From positions 352,001-416,000 of the forward strand of contig CAVUKB010000007.1 of the NCBI GenBank assembly GCA_963741955.1: a stretch of DNA of 64,000 nt, in the 5' to 3' direction. Under the pieces are notes generated by a model. That model made no database searches and had not been told where the DNA came from. It saw nothing but the letters and a program-made list of their open reading frames with translations. The stretch is from an uncultured Acidobacteriota bacterium (GTDB taxonomy: Bacteria; Acidobacteriota; Thermoanaerobaculia; Gp7-AA8). Below are positions 28,457 through 39,018 of this stretch, in pieces. Both the position numbers and the translations under genes were made by a program. Position 1 is the stretch's first letter. Each line of letters opens with the position of its first letter.

Positions 28457-30661
28457 ATGTTGGGAACGACTGTGTCCCACTACCGCATCACGTCACAGCT
28501 GGGCAGTGGTGGAATGGGCGTGGTGTACGAAGCCGAGGACACGCAGCTCGGACGCCGTGTAGCGCTGAAGTTCCTCCCGGACGATCTGGCGAGAGACGAT
28601 TCGGCGCTGCAGCGCTTCCAACGCGAAGCGCGGGCCGCCTCCGCGCTGAATCATCCCGGCATCTGCACGGTCCACGCGATCGAGCAGCAGGGCGAGAACC
28701 ACTTCATCGTGATGGAACTGCTCGAGGGGACGACTCTCGGCGAGGAGATCGCGAAGGGGCCGATGCCGGCGTCGCGTGTCGTCTCGCTCGGTATCGAGAT
28801 CGCCGACGCGCTCGAGTCGGCGCATGCGAAGGGGATCGTTCATCGAGACCTCAAGCCGGCGAACATCTTCGTCACCACGCGCGGGCAGGCGAAGATCCTC
28901 GATTTCGGACTGGCGAAGTTCGAGATCAAGAAAGGACTTCAACTCGCGGCCCCGGACGGAGCGACGGCGGTCCGGGTCGAGGAGCTGACCCGTGCCGGAT
29001 CGACGATCGGTACGGTGTCGTACATGTCTCCGGAGCAGGCTCGCGGCCAGGCCACGGACGCACGCACCGATCTTTTCTCGCTCGGTACGGTCCTCTACCA
29101 GATGGCGAGCGGCACCCTCCCGTTTCAGGGGGAGACGTCCGCGGTGGTGTTCGAGGCACTCCTCAATCGGGATCCTGCGCCGCTGCGCGAGATCGCTCCC
29201 GCAGTCCCTCCGGAGCTGGACCGGATCGTGACCCGCGCGCTGGAGAAGGACCGGAACCTCCGCTACCAGACCGCAACCGATCTGAAGACGGAGCTGCTGC
29301 GCTTCAAGCGCGACGTCGACTCCGGATCGCGACGGGTCTCCGACGCCAGCAGTCCGCGTGCCGAAACGGCGGAGCGGGCCGGCAAGTCGCTCGCCGTTCT
29401 CTACTTCGAGAATCTCAGCGGCGTGAAGGAGGACGAGTACTTCCGCGACGGGATCACCGAGGACATCATCGCCGAGCTGTCGAAGATCGAAGGATTGAGG
29501 GTCTTCTCCCGCCCGACCGTCCTCGCGTACCGCGACCGCCCGACCACGCCGGCGCAGATCGGCCAGCAGCTCGGCGCTTCGTACGTCCTGGCCGGAACGG
29601 TGCGCCGTGCGGGGTCACGTCTGCGAATCAGCGCGCAGCTGGTGGATACCCAGACCGACTTCCCTCTCTGGATCGAACGGTACGATCGGGAAATGAAGGA
29701 CGTCTTCGAAGTGCAGGACGAGATCGCGAGGAAGATCGCGGAGGCACTCCGGATCACTCTCTCGCCGCAGGAACGTGAAGCGATCGCCACGAAGCCGACC
29801 GAGGACCTCCAGGCCTACGACCTCTATCTTCGCGGAAAGAACTACGCACGGCGGCTCTCGAAACAGGATCTCGAGTTCGCCATTCAGATGTTCGAGAACG
29901 CCGTCTCTCTCGACCCGAAATTCGCGCTGGCGCACGCCGCACTCGCGAATGCGTGCGCTCAGTACTTTCACCATTTCGATCGTGCGGAACGGTGGGTCGA
30001 GCGCGCGGGCGAGGCGGCCGAGAGCGCGAGCTCGATCGGCGGAAGCGCTCCGGAAGTCAGCCTGGCGAAGGCCTGGCTCTCGTACATCGGCGGAAGCTAC
30101 CCCGAAGCGATCGCTCACGTCCGGCATGCCATCGACAAGAAGCCCGACACCGAGGGGGCATACTATCTTCTGTCGCGAGCGCTCTTCGCATCCGGTCATT
30201 ACCAGGAGATCATCGACATAGCCGAGGAGGCCCTCGCCCATACCGGAGAGGACTACAACACGTACATCCCGATCGGGAACGCCTACGGCGCTCTGGGGAA
30301 GGAAGAGGCGAACCGCAATCACTGTCAGCGCCGGATGGAAGTGTTCGAAGCTCACCTGAAGAAAGTGCCGGAAGACGCGAGAGCCCGGACGCTCCTGGCG
30401 GGCGACTACGCCCGGCTCGGGAGGCCGGAGGAGGCGAGTCGTGAGCTGACCCTGGCCATGACGCTCCGCCCGGACGACGCGATGGTGATGTACAACGTCG
30501 CCTGCGTCTTCTGCGGCATCGAGAAACCGGACGACGCGATGCGTGCCTTGAAGAAGGCGTGGGAAGGTGGATTCAAGGACACCGACTGGGCTCGCAAGGA
30601 TCCCGACCTGGAGATGCTCAGAGGGACCTCCGAGTTCGAGAGAATGTACCCGGCGGGTTGA
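28457..30661 (+). CDS. Ser/Thr kinase with TolB-N-like domain and TPR repeats
   Basis: Kinase motifs [16 protein letters not shown]; [24 protein letters not shown] domain; TPRs ending YNVAC...DPDL. Confidence 0.92.
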   Translation: MLGTTVSHYRITSQLGSGGMGVVYEAEDTQLGRRVALKFLPDDLARDDSALQRFQREARAASALNHPGICTVHAIEQQGENHFIVMELLEGTTLGEEIAKGPMPASRVVSLGIEIADALESAHAKGIVHRDLKPANIFVTTRGQAKILDFGLAKFEIKKGLQLAAPDGATAVRVEELTRAGSTIGTVSYMSPEQARGQATDARTDLFSLGTVLYQMASGTLPFQGETSAVVFEALLNRDPAPLREIAPAVPPELDRIVTRALEKDRNLRYQTATDLKTELLRFKRDVDSGSRRVSDASSPRAETAERAGKSLAVLYFENLSGVKEDEYFRDGITEDIIAELSKIEGLRVFSRPTVLAYRDRPTTPAQIGQQLGASYVLAGTVRRAGSRLRISAQLVDTQTDFPLWIERYDREMKDVFEVQDEIARKIAEALRITLSPQEREAIATKPTEDLQAYDLYLRGKNYARRLSKQDLEFAIQMFENAVSLDPKFALAHAALANACAQYFHHFDRAERWVERAGEAAESASSIGGSAPEVSLAKAWLSYIGGSYPEAIAHVRHAIDKKPDTEGAYYLLSRALFASGHYQEIIDIAEEALAHTGEDYNTYIPIGNAYGALGKEEANRNHCQRRMEVFEAHLKKVPEDARARTLLAGDYARLGRPEEASRELTLAMTLRPDDAMVMYNVACVFCGIEKPDDAMRALKKAWEGGFKDTDWARKDPDLEMLRGTSEFERMYPAG

Positions 30662-30838
30662 ATGGTGGTGCGACCCTCCCGGTCGCAACCCGTGGAGATC
30701 GGGGAGGCGATGCTGCACGTCTCGGGCGACGTTGCCTACGAGCGAGGAATCGAGCGTGGGTCCCTGCAGATGGGCAGTCAGACCATCCCGATCGAGCACC
30801 GCGGCAGCGAAAGCAGCGTCGGATCCTCCTTCCCCGTT

Positions 30839-31204
30839 CTACGCCGATGCCGGCTCCGCAACCGGCGTCACTGCGGCCTGATCCTCCTCGCGGGTTCGGA
30901 TCCGATACGCCTTCTCGACCGGGAGGACGAAGATCTTTCCGTCTCCGACCTCGCCCGTCGCGGCGGAGTCGAGGATCGCTTCGACGGTTGGCTCGACGAA
31001 GTGATCGGAGATGCCGATCTCGAGGCGCACCTTCTCCGACAGCTCCATCTTCACGCGCGTGCCGCGGTAAGTGGCGACCCGCTCGAGCTCTCCCCCGTGG
31101 CCCTGGACGCGGCTGATCGAGAGCCCGCGTACTTCCGCACGGAAGAGTGCCTCGAGGACGTCGTTCAACTTCTCGGGGCGGACGATGGCGACGACGAGTT
31201 TCAT
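30839..31204 (-). CDS. glnK: Nitrogen regulatory protein P-II
   Basis: MKLVVAIVRPEKL, T-loop YRG, TGEVGDGKIFV and RIRT; directly downstream of amt. Confidence 0.93.
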   Translation of the reverse strand: MKLVVAIVRPEKLNDVLEALFRAEVRGLSISRVQGHGGELERVATYRGTRVKMELSEKVRLEIGISDHFVEPTVEAILDSAATGEVGDGKIFVLPVEKAYRIRTREEDQAAVTPVAEPASA

Positions 31205-31229
31205 GATCTCCTCCCTTCTTTCCTCTGCT

Positions 31230-32510
31230 TCAGCTCTCCGCCGGAATGGTGTGAGGTGCCGACGCGTGTCTGGAGGCCACGGTCTCCGGGTGGAGGAGAA
31301 TCGCGCCGTCACCACGGGAATACGCTTCTTCGCCATGCTCGCTCAGGTCCATCCCGACGCCCTGATCGCGAGCCTCCGCACGGAGTGGAGTGACGAGAGC
31401 GACGAGTTTCAGAATGGCCCACGTCGCACCAGCACTCCAGGCGAGCACTGCGAGCGACGCGACGATCTGGATTCCGATCTGGCTCGGGTTTCCGAACAGG
31501 AGGCCGTCCGCCACTCCATTCCAGCTCTTCTCGGCGAAGAGTCCGGTCAGCAGTGCGCCCGTCAGACCGCCGACGCCGTGGGCAGCGACCACGTCGAGCG
31601 AGTCGTCGAGCCTGGTGCGTGCTCTCCACAGGAGTGCGAAATGGCTCGGCACCGCAGCGATTCCACCCAGCGCGATCGCAGAGATGGGGCTTACGAAACC
31701 TGCGGCCGGAGTGATCGCGACGAGCCCGACGACGATTGCCGTCGCCGCACCCACGGCGGTGGCCTTTTCCGTTCGGAACAGATCGAGGAGCGTCCACGCC
31801 ACCAGTGTCGCCATCGGTGCGAGCATCGTGTTCGTGAATGCCAGGGCGGCGATGCGGTCCGCCGCGAGCGCGCTCCCGGCGTTGAAACCGAACCATCCGA
31901 GCCAGAGGAGTCCCGCACCGAGGAGCGTGAACGGAACGTTCTGCGGAAGGATGGCCTGCCGGGCGTAGTCTTTGCGCGTCCCGAGGACGGTCGCCGCCAC
32001 CAGGGCGGCGGCGGCCGCGTTGATGTGCACCACCGTTCCACCGGCGAAATCGAGCGCGCCGAGCGAGGAGAGCCAGCCGCCACCCCAGATCCAGTGCGCG
32101 ACCGGCGCGTATACCAGAAGCGACCAGGCCGTGATGAAGACGAGGTATCCCTTGAACCGCATCCTCTCCACGATCGCTCCGGAGATCAGAGCCGCGGTAA
32201 TGACGGCGAACGTTCCCTGATACCCCATGAAAAGCAGATGCGGGATTGAACCCTTCGGCTCGAGGCCGACGTGACGCAGCAAGAAGAACGACCCGTCACC
32301 TGCGACCGGCGTTCCCGCACCGAACGCGATCGAGTAGCCTGCGAGCGCCCAGGCGAGGCCGACGAACCCGAGCGCGGCGAAGCTCATCATCAGCGTGTTG
32401 AGTGCGTTCTTCTCCCGCACCAGTCCTCCGTAGAAGAAGCCGAGGGCGGGGGTCATCATCAGCACCAGGGCGGAGGCGACGAGCATCCAGGCGATGTCGG
32501 ATCCGTTCAT
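31230..32510 (-). CDS. amtB: Ammonium transporter
   Basis: LMMTPALGFFYGGLVR, AHWIWGGGWL, DFAGGTVVH, WFGFNAGS and DDSLDV..HG; start MNGSD with a GAAGGAG RBS. Confidence 0.96.
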   Translation of the reverse strand: MNGSDIAWMLVASALVLMMTPALGFFYGGLVREKNALNTLMMSFAALGFVGLAWALAGYSIAFGAGTPVAGDGSFFLLRHVGLEPKGSIPHLLFMGYQGTFAVITAALISGAIVERMRFKGYLVFITAWSLLVYAPVAHWIWGGGWLSSLGALDFAGGTVVHINAAAAALVAATVLGTRKDYARQAILPQNVPFTLLGAGLLWLGWFGFNAGSALAADRIAALAFTNTMLAPMATLVAWTLLDLFRTEKATAVGAATAIVVGLVAITPAAGFVSPISAIALGGIAAVPSHFALLWRARTRLDDSLDVVAAHGVGGLTGALLTGLFAEKSWNGVADGLLFGNPSQIGIQIVASLAVLAWSAGATWAILKLVALVTPLRAEARDQGVGMDLSEHGEEAYSRGDGAILLHPETVASRHASAPHTIPAES

Positions 32511-32707
32511 GGTCGCAACTCTCCTTCGAGGAAGTGAAGAAGGTGGAGGGGTGGACCGGTCGCGTGCCGGTGGTGCGGGCGCTTCGAGCGACGAGAGAGG
32601 GAGGGAATCCCGCGTGCGACGCACGTGGCCGGAAGCTTCGAATGGGGGGCATGAACAAGTTTAGCGGAAGGGTGGAGGAAGAAGAGCGAAAAAAACGGTG
32701 GGAGGAT

Positions 32708-32775
32708 GAATTCAGAATATATAATTTAGATTTATCATTGCTATATTATAGCGCTGATTCTAATTTATATTTAAG
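32708..32775. promoter_or_regulatory. AT-rich dyad/direct-repeat operator candidate between amtB and a divergent kinase
   Basis: Near-pure A/T tract in a GC-rich genome. It has a central palindrome GCTATA-T-TATAGC (32740-32752) and a direct repeat TNTAATTTANATTTA at 32720 and 32759. Confidence 0.55.
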
Positions 32776-32867
32776 AGCCATCATGGCGACCGGGCGAGTT
32801 CATCGTTGGATGAATGGCTCCGACCTCGGGGCAGGAGTATCATCAGCACGCAGCAGGACAATCCGAC

Positions 32868-35615
32868 ATGTTGACCGCCGGCACGCGCCTCGGGCCGTAC
32901 GAGATCACTGCACCCGCGGGAGCGGGCGGGATGGGAGAGGTCTACCGCGCCCGCGACACGCGCCTCGGCCGCGACGTCGCTGTGAAGATCCTCCCTTCCG
33001 AATTCGGCCAGGACGCCCAGCTGAAACTCCGCTTCGAACGGGAAGCGCAGACGATCTCGCAGCTCAATCACCCGCACATCTGCACTCTGTACGACGTGGG
33101 GGAAGCGACACTCGATGGGGGGGGGTCGGGGGCGGAAGAGACGTCGGGCGCGGCTCTCGAGCCTCGTGTCTTCAGCCTCTCGTATCTGGTGATGGAGCTC
33201 CTCGAGGGGGAAACTCTCGCGGACCAGATCGCACGAGGTCCTCTCCCTCTCGATCTCGCGCTTCGATATGCGATCGAGATCGCCGACGCGCTCGAACGCG
33301 CACACCGAAAGGGAATCGTCCATCGTGATCTCAAGCCGGGCAACGTGATGATCACCCGGTCGGGCGCGAAGCTTCTCGACTTCGGACTGGCGAAATCGGT
33401 CGAGCACGGGCCCCTCCATCTCGCGCGACCCGTCCGTGAAGACGGTTCTGGAGACATGGCCCCCACGAACACTCCGACCGCCTTCAAGCCGCTGACCGTC
33501 GAAGGGATGGTCATTGGCACGTTCCAGTACATGGCTCCGGAGCAGCTCGAAGGGGACGAGGCGGATGCGCGCACCGACATCTTCGCGTTCGGATGTCTGC
33601 TGTACGAGATGATCACCGGACGTCGGGCATTCGAAGGAAAGAGCCGGACCAGCCTCATCGCCGCGATCGTCTCGGGCCAACCGCGATCTCTGGCCGAGCT
33701 TCAGCCTGCCAGCCCACCCACTCTCGAGCGAGTGATCCGTACGTGTCTGGAGAAAGATCCCGACGACCGCTGGCAGAGTGCGCGCGATTTGAAGCGCGAG
33801 CTGGAGTGGATTCGGGAGGGAGCGCCCGGCACTTCGGAGGTGCCGGACGCCGAGAGCGCGCCACGAGCTTCCCGGCGACGCCGACTCGCCTGGTCGCTGG
33901 CGGTCCTCCTTCCGGTCGTCGCCGTTTTCGCTACATGGTTCGTGATCCGGACCCTCGCACCGACCCCGCCCGTACTGGTCTCCGCGATCGCACCACCCGA
34001 CGGGACGGAGCTGATCGTGACCGGCGACGCGGGAGGCCCCGCGACGATCTCGCCTGACGGACGCTGGGTGGTTTACGTTGCAAAGGACGACCATGGTGCG
34101 CGCCTCTGGGTGCAGTCGCTCGCGACCGGAGCACAGAAGCCGCTTCCCGAAACCACCGGCGCGATGTTTCCGTTCTGGAGACCCGACAGCCGCGCGGTCG
34201 GCTTTTTCGCCGGAGGGAAACTCAACGTTCTCGAGCTCGACGGAGCGGAACCCCGTCCGATCGCCGAGGCCGCGGACGCGCGGGGCGGCAGCTGGGGAGC
34301 TGACGGAACGATTCTCTATACCCCCTTCACCCAGGCCGGAATCTGGCGGGTGCCGGCGAACGGAGGTCCGGCCACGGAAGTGGTGAAGCTCGGGCAGCCG
34401 TTCACGACCTTGCGCTGGCCGATGATTCTCCCCGACGGGAAGCATTTCGTTTATCTCGCGGCGAGTCACGTCGATCCGGTCAGTCCTGAGACGTCGGTGT
34501 GGATCGCCGCGGTCGACGGCCGCGAGAACCGGAAACTCGTCTCGACGGTCGGCGGAGCCATCCCGTACCGTGATTACCTTCTGTTTCTCGAGGGCGACCG
34601 CCTCGTCGCGCAGCGGCTGAAAGGAGAGGAGCTCGAAGGAGAGCGGATCCCGGTCCGTGACGACGTCCGCTACGACCCGGGTACGTGGCGCACCATCGCG
34701 TCGGTCTCGAATGACGGTCTGATGGTGGTTCATCCCGGTGGGCGGCGGTCCGGCTCGAGGCTCCTCTGGTTCGACCGAGCGGGGAACATCACCGGCGAGA
34801 TTCAGCCGCAGGATACCTACACCGATGTCGCCATCGCGCCCGACGGGAAGACTCTTGCCATCGGAGTCGGAGATCCGAAGGGAGCCCTCTACCTCTATGA
34901 CCTCGAACGGAAGGTGCGGACGCGGTTCTCATATGTTGATGCGACCACCGCCGACTTTCCGGTCTGGACTCCCGACAGCAGGGAGGTGATCTTTTCCGGT
35001 CTGGATGGGGCGGGAAGGAATCGACTCTACATCAAGCCGGTGGACGGCTCCTCGAACGAGCGGTCTCTCCTCGAGGGAAAGGTGGGAATCCGTCCGACGG
35101 ACGTCTCGCCGGATGGAAAAATCCTGCTGTACGACGAACAGAAGCCGGGAGAGGGAGATGTGATGGGAATCCCGATCGCGGGCGGAAAACCGTTCGTGGT
35201 CATCGGAGGGTCAGGTCAGCAGAATGACGGACACTTCTCTCCCGATGGAAAATGGATCGCCTACGTCTCGATCTGGAGCGGTGGCCGAGCGGTCTTCGTC
35301 ACCCCTTATCCCGGTCCCGGCGGCAAATGGCAGGTCTCCGGTGACAACAGCGCCCTCTACTGCTGGTGGGGAGGTGAGGGGAAAGAGATTCTCTACCTCG
35401 GCGCGGACGGTTCGATGTATGCGGTGAGCGTCTCGTTCGACGGAGGATCGGTCCGGCTCGGCGCGCCGCAGAGACTGTTCAGCATCACCGTCAATACCAA
35501 CAGCCGAAGCCTTGGGGTCAGCCGCGATGGGATGCACTTCCTCGCTCGCGTTCCGGCAGATCAGGCGGGTGGAGCCGCGATGCTGGTCCAGAACTGGGAT
35601 TCGGCGCTGCGATGA
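32868..35615 (+). CDS. Transmembrane Ser/Thr kinase with PD40/TolB-like beta-propeller
   Basis: Kinase motifs [16 protein letters not shown]; TM helix [20 protein letters not shown]; multiple SPDG repeats. Confidence 0.92.
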   Translation: MLTAGTRLGPYEITAPAGAGGMGEVYRARDTRLGRDVAVKILPSEFGQDAQLKLRFEREAQTISQLNHPHICTLYDVGEATLDGGGSGAEETSGAALEPRVFSLSYLVMELLEGETLADQIARGPLPLDLALRYAIEIADALERAHRKGIVHRDLKPGNVMITRSGAKLLDFGLAKSVEHGPLHLARPVREDGSGDMAPTNTPTAFKPLTVEGMVIGTFQYMAPEQLEGDEADARTDIFAFGCLLYEMITGRRAFEGKSRTSLIAAIVSGQPRSLAELQPASPPTLERVIRTCLEKDPDDRWQSARDLKRELEWIREGAPGTSEVPDAESAPRASRRRRLAWSLAVLLPVVAVFATWFVIRTLAPTPPVLVSAIAPPDGTELIVTGDAGGPATISPDGRWVVYVAKDDHGARLWVQSLATGAQKPLPETTGAMFPFWRPDSRAVGFFAGGKLNVLELDGAEPRPIAEAADARGGSWGADGTILYTPFTQAGIWRVPANGGPATEVVKLGQPFTTLRWPMILPDGKHFVYLAASHVDPVSPETSVWIAAVDGRENRKLVSTVGGAIPYRDYLLFLEGDRLVAQRLKGEELEGERIPVRDDVRYDPGTWRTIASVSNDGLMVVHPGGRRSGSRLLWFDRAGNITGEIQPQDTYTDVAIAPDGKTLAIGVGDPKGALYLYDLERKVRTRFSYVDATTADFPVWTPDSREVIFSGLDGAGRNRLYIKPVDGSSNERSLLEGKVGIRPTDVSPDGKILLYDEQKPGEGDVMGIPIAGGKPFVVIGGSGQQNDGHFSPDGKWIAYVSIWSGGRAVFVTPYPGPGGKWQVSGDNSALYCWWGGEGKEILYLGADGSMYAVSVSFDGGSVRLGAPQRLFSITVNTNSRSLGVSRDGMHFLARVPADQAGGAAMLVQNWDSALR

Positions 35616-35723
35616 CGCCACGTCGCCCGCACTTCCCGGGAACGAATGCGGAGCGTAGGGCGAGTGCTGACTTCGCTTCTGCGACGAAATTCGTCTCGGT
35701 TCGCTCCGAACACGAATTCCGCG

Positions 35724-35745
35724 GCGGATTTCGAATCCGCACTCC
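35724..35745 (-). repeat. GGAG-type REP-like palindrome
   Basis: Minus strand GGAGTGCGGATTCGAAATCCGC, between convergent genes. Confidence 0.65.
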
Positions 35746-35749
35746 AGCG

Positions 35750-36214
35750 TCAGAAGCGCAGCCGTGCGATCTTCCGCCCGACGATGCGCATCGTCTCGGG
35801 CGGCAACTGGACGTGAACTTCCTCGTCGGGACTGGTGACGTCGATCATCAGTCCTCCATTGCGCTTTGAGATCTGCACGTGCTGGTCGCCGTCGTGCACT
35901 TCCACCAGCACGGCGTCGGGAATGCGGTCGAGCTCCGCAGCCATGGCCTGGAGTGCGGGACCCCACTGTTCGACATCGTCGTCGTGAACGTCGATCCCCC
36001 AGACTGGTGTGAGCCGGAGCACGGTGTTCACGATTCCGCTGGGGAGGGAGATCGCGACCCGGTCGCCGGAACGGTGGTCGGTGACGTGGACCCGCATTGC
36101 GCCGGGACCCGTGACCGCGTTGTAGACGGCCCACGCTCCTGCGGTGATGGCGACAGCCCCGAGAATCAGAACGGCGAAGACGGCGATGAGTGCGGTTTTC
36201 GCGGCGCGGGTCAT
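35750..36214 (-). CDS. Hypothetical membrane-anchored protein
   Basis: AAAGGAGAG RBS; ATGA overlap with the upstream gene; N-terminal hydrophobic helix. Confidence 0.75.
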   Translation of the reverse strand: MTRAAKTALIAVFAVLILGAVAITAGAWAVYNAVTGPGAMRVHVTDHRSGDRVAISLPSGIVNTVLRLTPVWGIDVHDDDVEQWGPALQAMAAELDRIPDAVLVEVHDGDQHVQISKRNGGLMIDVTSPDEEVHVQLPPETMRIVGRKIARLRF

Positions 36215-36801
36215 GGCTGGCTCTCCTTTGCTCCGCTGGCGATGGCCGGAGCGGTTGCGGTCATCGCGTCGTCGATCCAGATCCGGACCGTCGCGTCTTC
36301 CGATCTCACGGTGAGGAGCTGGCCGGCTCCGCGACGGATCATCTCTGCCGCGGCGGCCTGCGGATTCACGTGATCGCCGGGTGCGCTGGTGAGTGCCGCG
36401 GCGAGTGCCCATGGCATGGTGATCGTCGCCGGTCCGTCGTGGTGACTCCTGCCGGTGATCTCGATCCATTCGCCCCGGCGTGTGACCGACGCATCGTCGT
36501 CGAGAGTGACGACCGTTCCTTCGGGTTGGTTGCGGACCGCTTCGACCGCGCGGCGCAGATCGGCCCCTTCGACGTGGCCGTTGCGGGTGTGGATCTCACA
36601 GCGATCCCCCGATTCCTTCGGGATAAGGGGTAGCGCATGCTGGATGGCCGAAAGAGGGAAATTGACGTTGACGGTCTTCGGATGGCCATCCCAGCGCGTC
36701 TCCTCCACCCGGAGGTGGATCCAGAGGTCGGCGGCCATCAGCGGCGCGGTGGTGAAGACCACCACACAGACTGCTGCGAGTGTTCTGAGGAGGCTTCTCA
36801 T
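36211..36801 (-). CDS. Hypothetical exported protein
   Basis: Signal peptide MRSLLRTLAAVCVVVFTTAPLMA; translationally coupled to the downstream gene. Confidence 0.75.
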   Translation of the reverse strand: MRSLLRTLAAVCVVVFTTAPLMAADLWIHLRVEETRWDGHPKTVNVNFPLSAIQHALPLIPKESGDRCEIHTRNGHVEGADLRRAVEAVRNQPEGTVVTLDDDASVTRRGEWIEITGRSHHDGPATITMPWALAAALTSAPGDHVNPQAAAAEMIRRGAGQLLTVRSEDATVRIWIDDAMTATAPAIASGAKESQP

Positions 36802-36936
36802 ACCCTTCTGTACGAAACGGGGAGGGGAAGGTTTACCCCGGATCATTACGGTTACGGGGATGAGCCGGTGCGATCCCGGGACTCCGCATTCGCCGGTGGA
36901 GGCGCGATCGCAGGTGAGAGTGGCTGCGGGAGGGCG

Positions 36937-37102
36937 TCAGTTCGGGGCTTGTGCTCCCTCCAGCCGCTGCAGGAGCGCCCGGAAGCGCGGCTCTTTGCGG
37001 ATCGATGCGAGGTCGGGATCGCGTCCGATCGCGCCTGCATCGGAGACACCGAGTGAAACCGCCCTTTCCAGAGCGTCGAGCGCCTTTTCGGAACGGCCTA
37101 GA
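36937..37102 (-). pseudogene. Detached 3' end (52 codons) of the IS-interrupted hydrolase-TPR gene
   Basis: RSEKALDALERAVSLG...RDPDLASIRKEPRFRALL continues in frame from ...WYNTACAEARLG once the IS and one TSD copy are removed. Confidence 0.9.
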
Positions 37103-37201
37103 CTGAAGTTCCCGGGGGTTTTCGCAGAGAAGTGCTGTGTTTTCTTGAAGATGACCTCGATTTGTATGCAAGAATGTAGCCATGTAAGTGTGATTACTGC
37201 A

Positions 37202-37230
37202 TTGACAGGTGTGAATAGTACTGGCATACT
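37202..37230 (+). promoter_or_regulatory. Sigma70 promoter of the transposase (leaderless geometry)
   Basis: TTGACA-17 nt-CATACT, then 6 nt, then the ATG at 37237; no SD. Confidence 0.7.
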
Positions 37231-37236
37231 GTGGCC

Positions 37237-38943
37237 ATGCACATCGACATCGTGCCGAACCGCAACTCGGCCCCGGCCGTCCTGCTGCGCGAGTCCTACC
37301 GGGTGGGGGCCAAGGTCCGAAAACGCACGCTGGCCAATCTCTCGGCCCTGCCGGCCGATCAGATCGACGCGATTCGCAGAATCTTGAAGGGCGAGAGGCT
37401 CGCCCCGATCGCCGAGCTGTTCGAGATCATTCGATCGGTCCATCACGGTCATGTCGAAGCCGTCCAGATCGCAATCAAGCAACTCGGCTTCGCTTCGCTC
37501 GTTGCATCTCGCTCGTGCCGCGAGCGTGATCTGGTCCTCGCCATGGTGGCGGCTCGTATCCTTGCCCCGCGCAGCAAGCTCAGCACCGTGCGGTCATGGC
37601 ACACCTCGACGATTCCCGAAGTCTTCGGTGTCACCGATGCCGATGAAGACGACCTCTATGGCGCGCTCGATTGGCTGCTTGGCCGACAAGACGCAATCGA
37701 AAAGAAACTCGCAGCGAGACATCTGCCCAAGGGCGGTCTGGTCCTGTACGACCTGAGCTCGAGCTATTTCGAGGGAGAGAGCTGCCCGCTCGCCATGCGC
37801 GGCCACAACCGGGATGGCAAGAAGGGCAAGCTTCAGGTCAACTACGGACTGCTGACCGACCGCCGTGGGTGCCCCGTAGCAGTGAGTGTCTTCGATGGCA
37901 ACACCAGTGACCCCAGGACATTGATGCCTCAGGTCGAGAAACTACAGAAGACCTTCACGATCGAGAAGTTTGTTCTCGTTGGCGATCGCGGCATGATCTC
38001 GCAGAAGCAAATCGATGATCTCCGTCAGCGAGACGGCATTGATTGGATTACGGCCCTCAGGAGCGTGACGATTCAAAAGCTCGTTGACGCCGGTCATATC
38101 CAGCTCGGGCTGTTCGACACGCGCAATCTTTTCGAGATGACCCATCCCGATTTCCCGGGCGAGCGACTGGTGGCCTGTCGCAATGCGGATCTGGCCCGGT
38201 TGCGCGCGCACAAACGCGAGTCGCTCCTCGAGGCTACGCTCAAGGAATTGGAGAAAGTGCGAGGGATGGTCTCGCACGGCAAGCTCCAAGGAAAGGACGT
38301 CATTGGCGTACGCGTCGGCAAGGTGATCGACAAGTACAAGGTCGCCAAACACATTGTCCTGGACATTCGCGATGACGGGCTTGACTTCCACATCGACGCG
38401 GACAAGGTGGCGCGCGAGGCTTCCCTCGATGGGCTCTATGTCGTAAGGACCAGCGTGGCCGCCGAGACTCTTGGCACCGACGACGTCGTGCGCAGTTACA
38501 AGCTGCTCAGTCAGGTCGAGCGGGCCTTTCGCTCACTGAAGACTGTCGATCTCCAGGTGCGGCCCATCCGCCACCGGCTCGAGGAGCGCGTCAAGGCTCA
38601 CATCTTCCTCTGCATGCTGGCCTACTACGTGGCCTGGCACATGATGGAAGCCTGGCGCCCACTGCTTTTCTCCGACGAGGACCAGCAGGCAAAAACGAGC
38701 CGTGATCCCGTTGCTCCCGCAAAACGATCAGCGAAAGCGCTCGATAAGATCCATTCGAAGGTACTCGACGACGGCACTCCCGCCCACAGCTTTCAGACCC
38801 TGCTCGCAGACCTGAGCACCATCGTCCGCAACACCGCTCGCCGTCCGGGCGCATCCAACGACGAGTCCACCTTCGACCTCGTCACCACCCCAGGCCTAAC
38901 TCAACAGCGCGCCTTCGATCTGCTCAAGTCCATCCACTTGTAG
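37237..38943 (+). CDS. IS1634-family DDE transposase
   Basis: LLRESYR.G.KVRKRTLANLS, LYDLSSSYFEG, VGDRGM, VERAFRSLK and RPIRH...RVKAHIFLCMLAYY; intact frame. Confidence 0.95.
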   Translation: MHIDIVPNRNSAPAVLLRESYRVGAKVRKRTLANLSALPADQIDAIRRILKGERLAPIAELFEIIRSVHHGHVEAVQIAIKQLGFASLVASRSCRERDLVLAMVAARILAPRSKLSTVRSWHTSTIPEVFGVTDADEDDLYGALDWLLGRQDAIEKKLAARHLPKGGLVLYDLSSSYFEGESCPLAMRGHNRDGKKGKLQVNYGLLTDRRGCPVAVSVFDGNTSDPRTLMPQVEKLQKTFTIEKFVLVGDRGMISQKQIDDLRQRDGIDWITALRSVTIQKLVDAGHIQLGLFDTRNLFEMTHPDFPGERLVACRNADLARLRAHKRESLLEATLKELEKVRGMVSHGKLQGKDVIGVRVGKVIDKYKVAKHIVLDIRDDGLDFHIDADKVAREASLDGLYVVRTSVAAETLGTDDVVRSYKLLSQVERAFRSLKTVDLQVRPIRHRLEERVKAHIFLCMLAYYVAWHMMEAWRPLLFSDEDQQAKTSRDPVAPAKRSAKALDKIHSKVLDDGTPAHSFQTLLADLSTIVRNTARRPGASNDESTFDLVTTPGLTQQRAFDLLKSIHL

Positions 38944-39018
38944 ACAGAAGCCTGCACGCATATTCCTGCCTATCTCCCTGAATTTACAGCGGATCCTTGC
39001 CTATAGCCCCAGGGAACT

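Noticed and set aside
37096-37103. 8-bp TSD GCCTAGAC
   Set aside because: The extra G and C are the terminal bases of the inverted repeats; TIR symmetry favours the 6-bp CCTAGA.
36937-37482. 181-aa minus ORF as an independent gene
   Set aside because: It is a chimera of IS antisense sequence read into the detached 3' end of the hydrolase gene.
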